In this document: positions 62,363-64,000 of the stretch, in pieces
Layout: the number at the start of each line of letters is the position of its first letter
Numbering within the stretch: position 1 is the first letter of the stretch
Source: the human T2T-CHM13v2.0 reference genome, Homo sapiens
Reading direction: 5' to 3' (one strand)
Assembly: GCF_009914755.1 (NCBI RefSeq)
Contig: NC_060926.1
DNA length: 64,000 nt
Program-made: the position numbers and the translations under genes
Notes under the pieces: model-generated
The model's input: the letters and a program-made list of their open reading frames with translations, nothing else
Database searches by the model: none
What the model was told of the DNA's origin: nothing

Positions 62363-62734
62363 TGCCTAAGTCCATTTGGGCTGCCATAATAAAATATCTT
62401 TGACCAGGCGATTTATAAACAACAGAAGTTTATTGCTCACAGTTCCGGAATCTGGTAGGTTCAAAATTAAGGGACCAGCAGATTTGTTGTCTGATGAGGG
62501 CTCATTCTCTGCTTCATAGATAGTGTCTTCTGGCTGTGTTTTCATATGGTGGAAGGAGTGAACAAGCTCCCTCAGGCCTCTTTTACATGGGCACTAATAC
62601 CATTCATGAGGTCTCTGCCTTTATGACCTAATCATCTTCCAAAAGCCTGACCTCCCAAAACCACTGCACCAAGAATTATGTTTCAACATATGAATCTGAT
62701 GATGGGGGTGAGCACAAATATTCAGGCCATAGCA
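62363..62734 (-). mobile_element. MLT1A0-like solo LTR
   Basis: tgcctaagtccatttgggctgccataa...ataaacaacagaagtttattgctcacagttc...aatattcaggccatagca; TSD gccat/gctat. Confidence 0.85.
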
Positions 62735-63374
62735 GCTATCGTATCTCATAAGATTATAATACCCTATTTTTACTGTCCCCTCTCCTTTAACTTCCCTTTG
62801 AGGTGTTTCTTCATTTGGTGTCACAAGAAACAGATCCACTCACCTATTGGGGAGGACTCATTACAGGGGATTCTGAGGTCACTGTCTGAATCTGAAATAG
62901 TAGTGTTATTGTTCAGTGCACATTGAGGACAATTAAAAAGAAGCACATAAGACAAAATAGAGGGGTAAAGCTGGTTGTAGGAGAGCTTACGTCACCATTT
63001 ACAGTTTGTGTACTGCTTATTCCCTTATGATTGGACTAGCCTTGAATATATTACTTCACTCTTCTTCTTATGTTCTTTCTCATTTTGTAACAGCAAACAT
63101 AAACCCTGAGCTTTATGTTAGTCATTCATACCTTTTATGCATGCATTTTAGATTCAAATGCCCAGCCCTATTTTCTAAGAGTAGATAGACATTATTTCTT
63201 CCTTGATATCCAATGGATGACAGAGAATTATTTTTTAAAGGTAGCTTCTCCCTTTCGTAAACAAATAGATTTTTCCATGTCACAATTACCTGAGGAATCA
63301 GATGGGCAAGTGTGTATAATAGAAATGAAACTCTTTTTTCCTGTCTGTGAAATTCATGCCAGTACTACACTCTA

Positions 63375-64000
63375 TACTTCATTTCTGACATCAGATATGG
63401 AGTATTTTTCATACCAGGTATTTCTTCAGTTTCCTGCAATTAAACTCAATTCTGGTGCTAGCTAACTGGTGACAACATCAGATCCTGTAGGTTAAGGGCT
63501 CCGTCTGAAAAGGCTGCCCCTATTTCAGATGCCAGTTCCAAGTCCAGTGCTGTCTGATTGACTGTCTATCAGAGGTCCACATAATCTTCTCCCCAGGTTT
63601 AATAATTGTTAGAATGGCTCACATCACGCAAGAAAAGTTTACTTACCAGATTACTGGTTTATTATAAAAGGATACAACTCAGGAACAGCCAGATGGAAGA
63701 GATGCCAAGGCAAGATATGAGGGATGGGTGCAGAGCTGTCATGCCCTCTCTAGGTGCACCATCCTCCCAGCACCTCTAAGTGTTCAGCAACCTGGCAGCT
63801 CCCTGAACTCCATCCTTTGGGTTTTATGGAGGTCTCATTACATAGGCATGATAGGTTAAATCCCTGGCCATTGGTGATGGGGCAGGGGATTGAAAGTTCC
63901 AACCCTCTAATCAAATGTGTTCAAATACTTGATTCCCATGGCAACCAGTCTCTATCCTTAGAGACCTTCCAAAAGTTACTCATTAACATAAACTCAGGTA
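63375..64000 (-). mobile_element. MER21-family LTR running off the window end
   Basis: ggttaagggctc...tcagatgcc...aaaggatacaactcaggaacagcc...gttcagcaacc...gaaagttccaaccctctaatca...cataaactcaggta; reverse-complement similarity to 252-1100. Confidence 0.75.

Overview
Primate (human/ape-like) nuclear DNA with no supportable host protein-coding exon. It is mostly interspersed repeats separated by unique AT-rich spacers. Main elements, all on the minus strand: (1) a near-complete HERV-L provirus with two MLT2A2-type LTRs, a Leu-tRNA PBS and decayed gag/pol/dUTPase (9791-16721), inserted in an L2 and itself interrupted by an AluY; (2) a two-LTR THE1A MaLR element (37027-39334); (3) a ~6.1 kb L1PA5-like LINE-1 (44414-50556) with broken ORF1/ORF2, an open antisense ORF0, a 45-bp in-frame ORF1 duplication and no YY1 site. 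There are also about 13 Alu/FLAM copies, solo LTRs (MER21, MLT1, LTR41-like, LTR47-like), MIR/L2 relics, MER5A/MER2/MADE1 DNA-transposon remnants and microsatellites. The oddest structure is a cluster of nested palindromes at 24222-24354 abutting a terminally truncated LTR. It looks like a fold-back or template-switch repair scar and forms a pre-miRNA-sized hairpin. A strong minus-strand bias of LTR/L1/Alu elements suggests the window may lie inside a plus-strand transcription unit. I found no evidence of a new multi-gene system. Subfamily names come from recalled consensus sequences and need RepeatMasker/Dfam confirmation; boundaries of old repeats are approximate.
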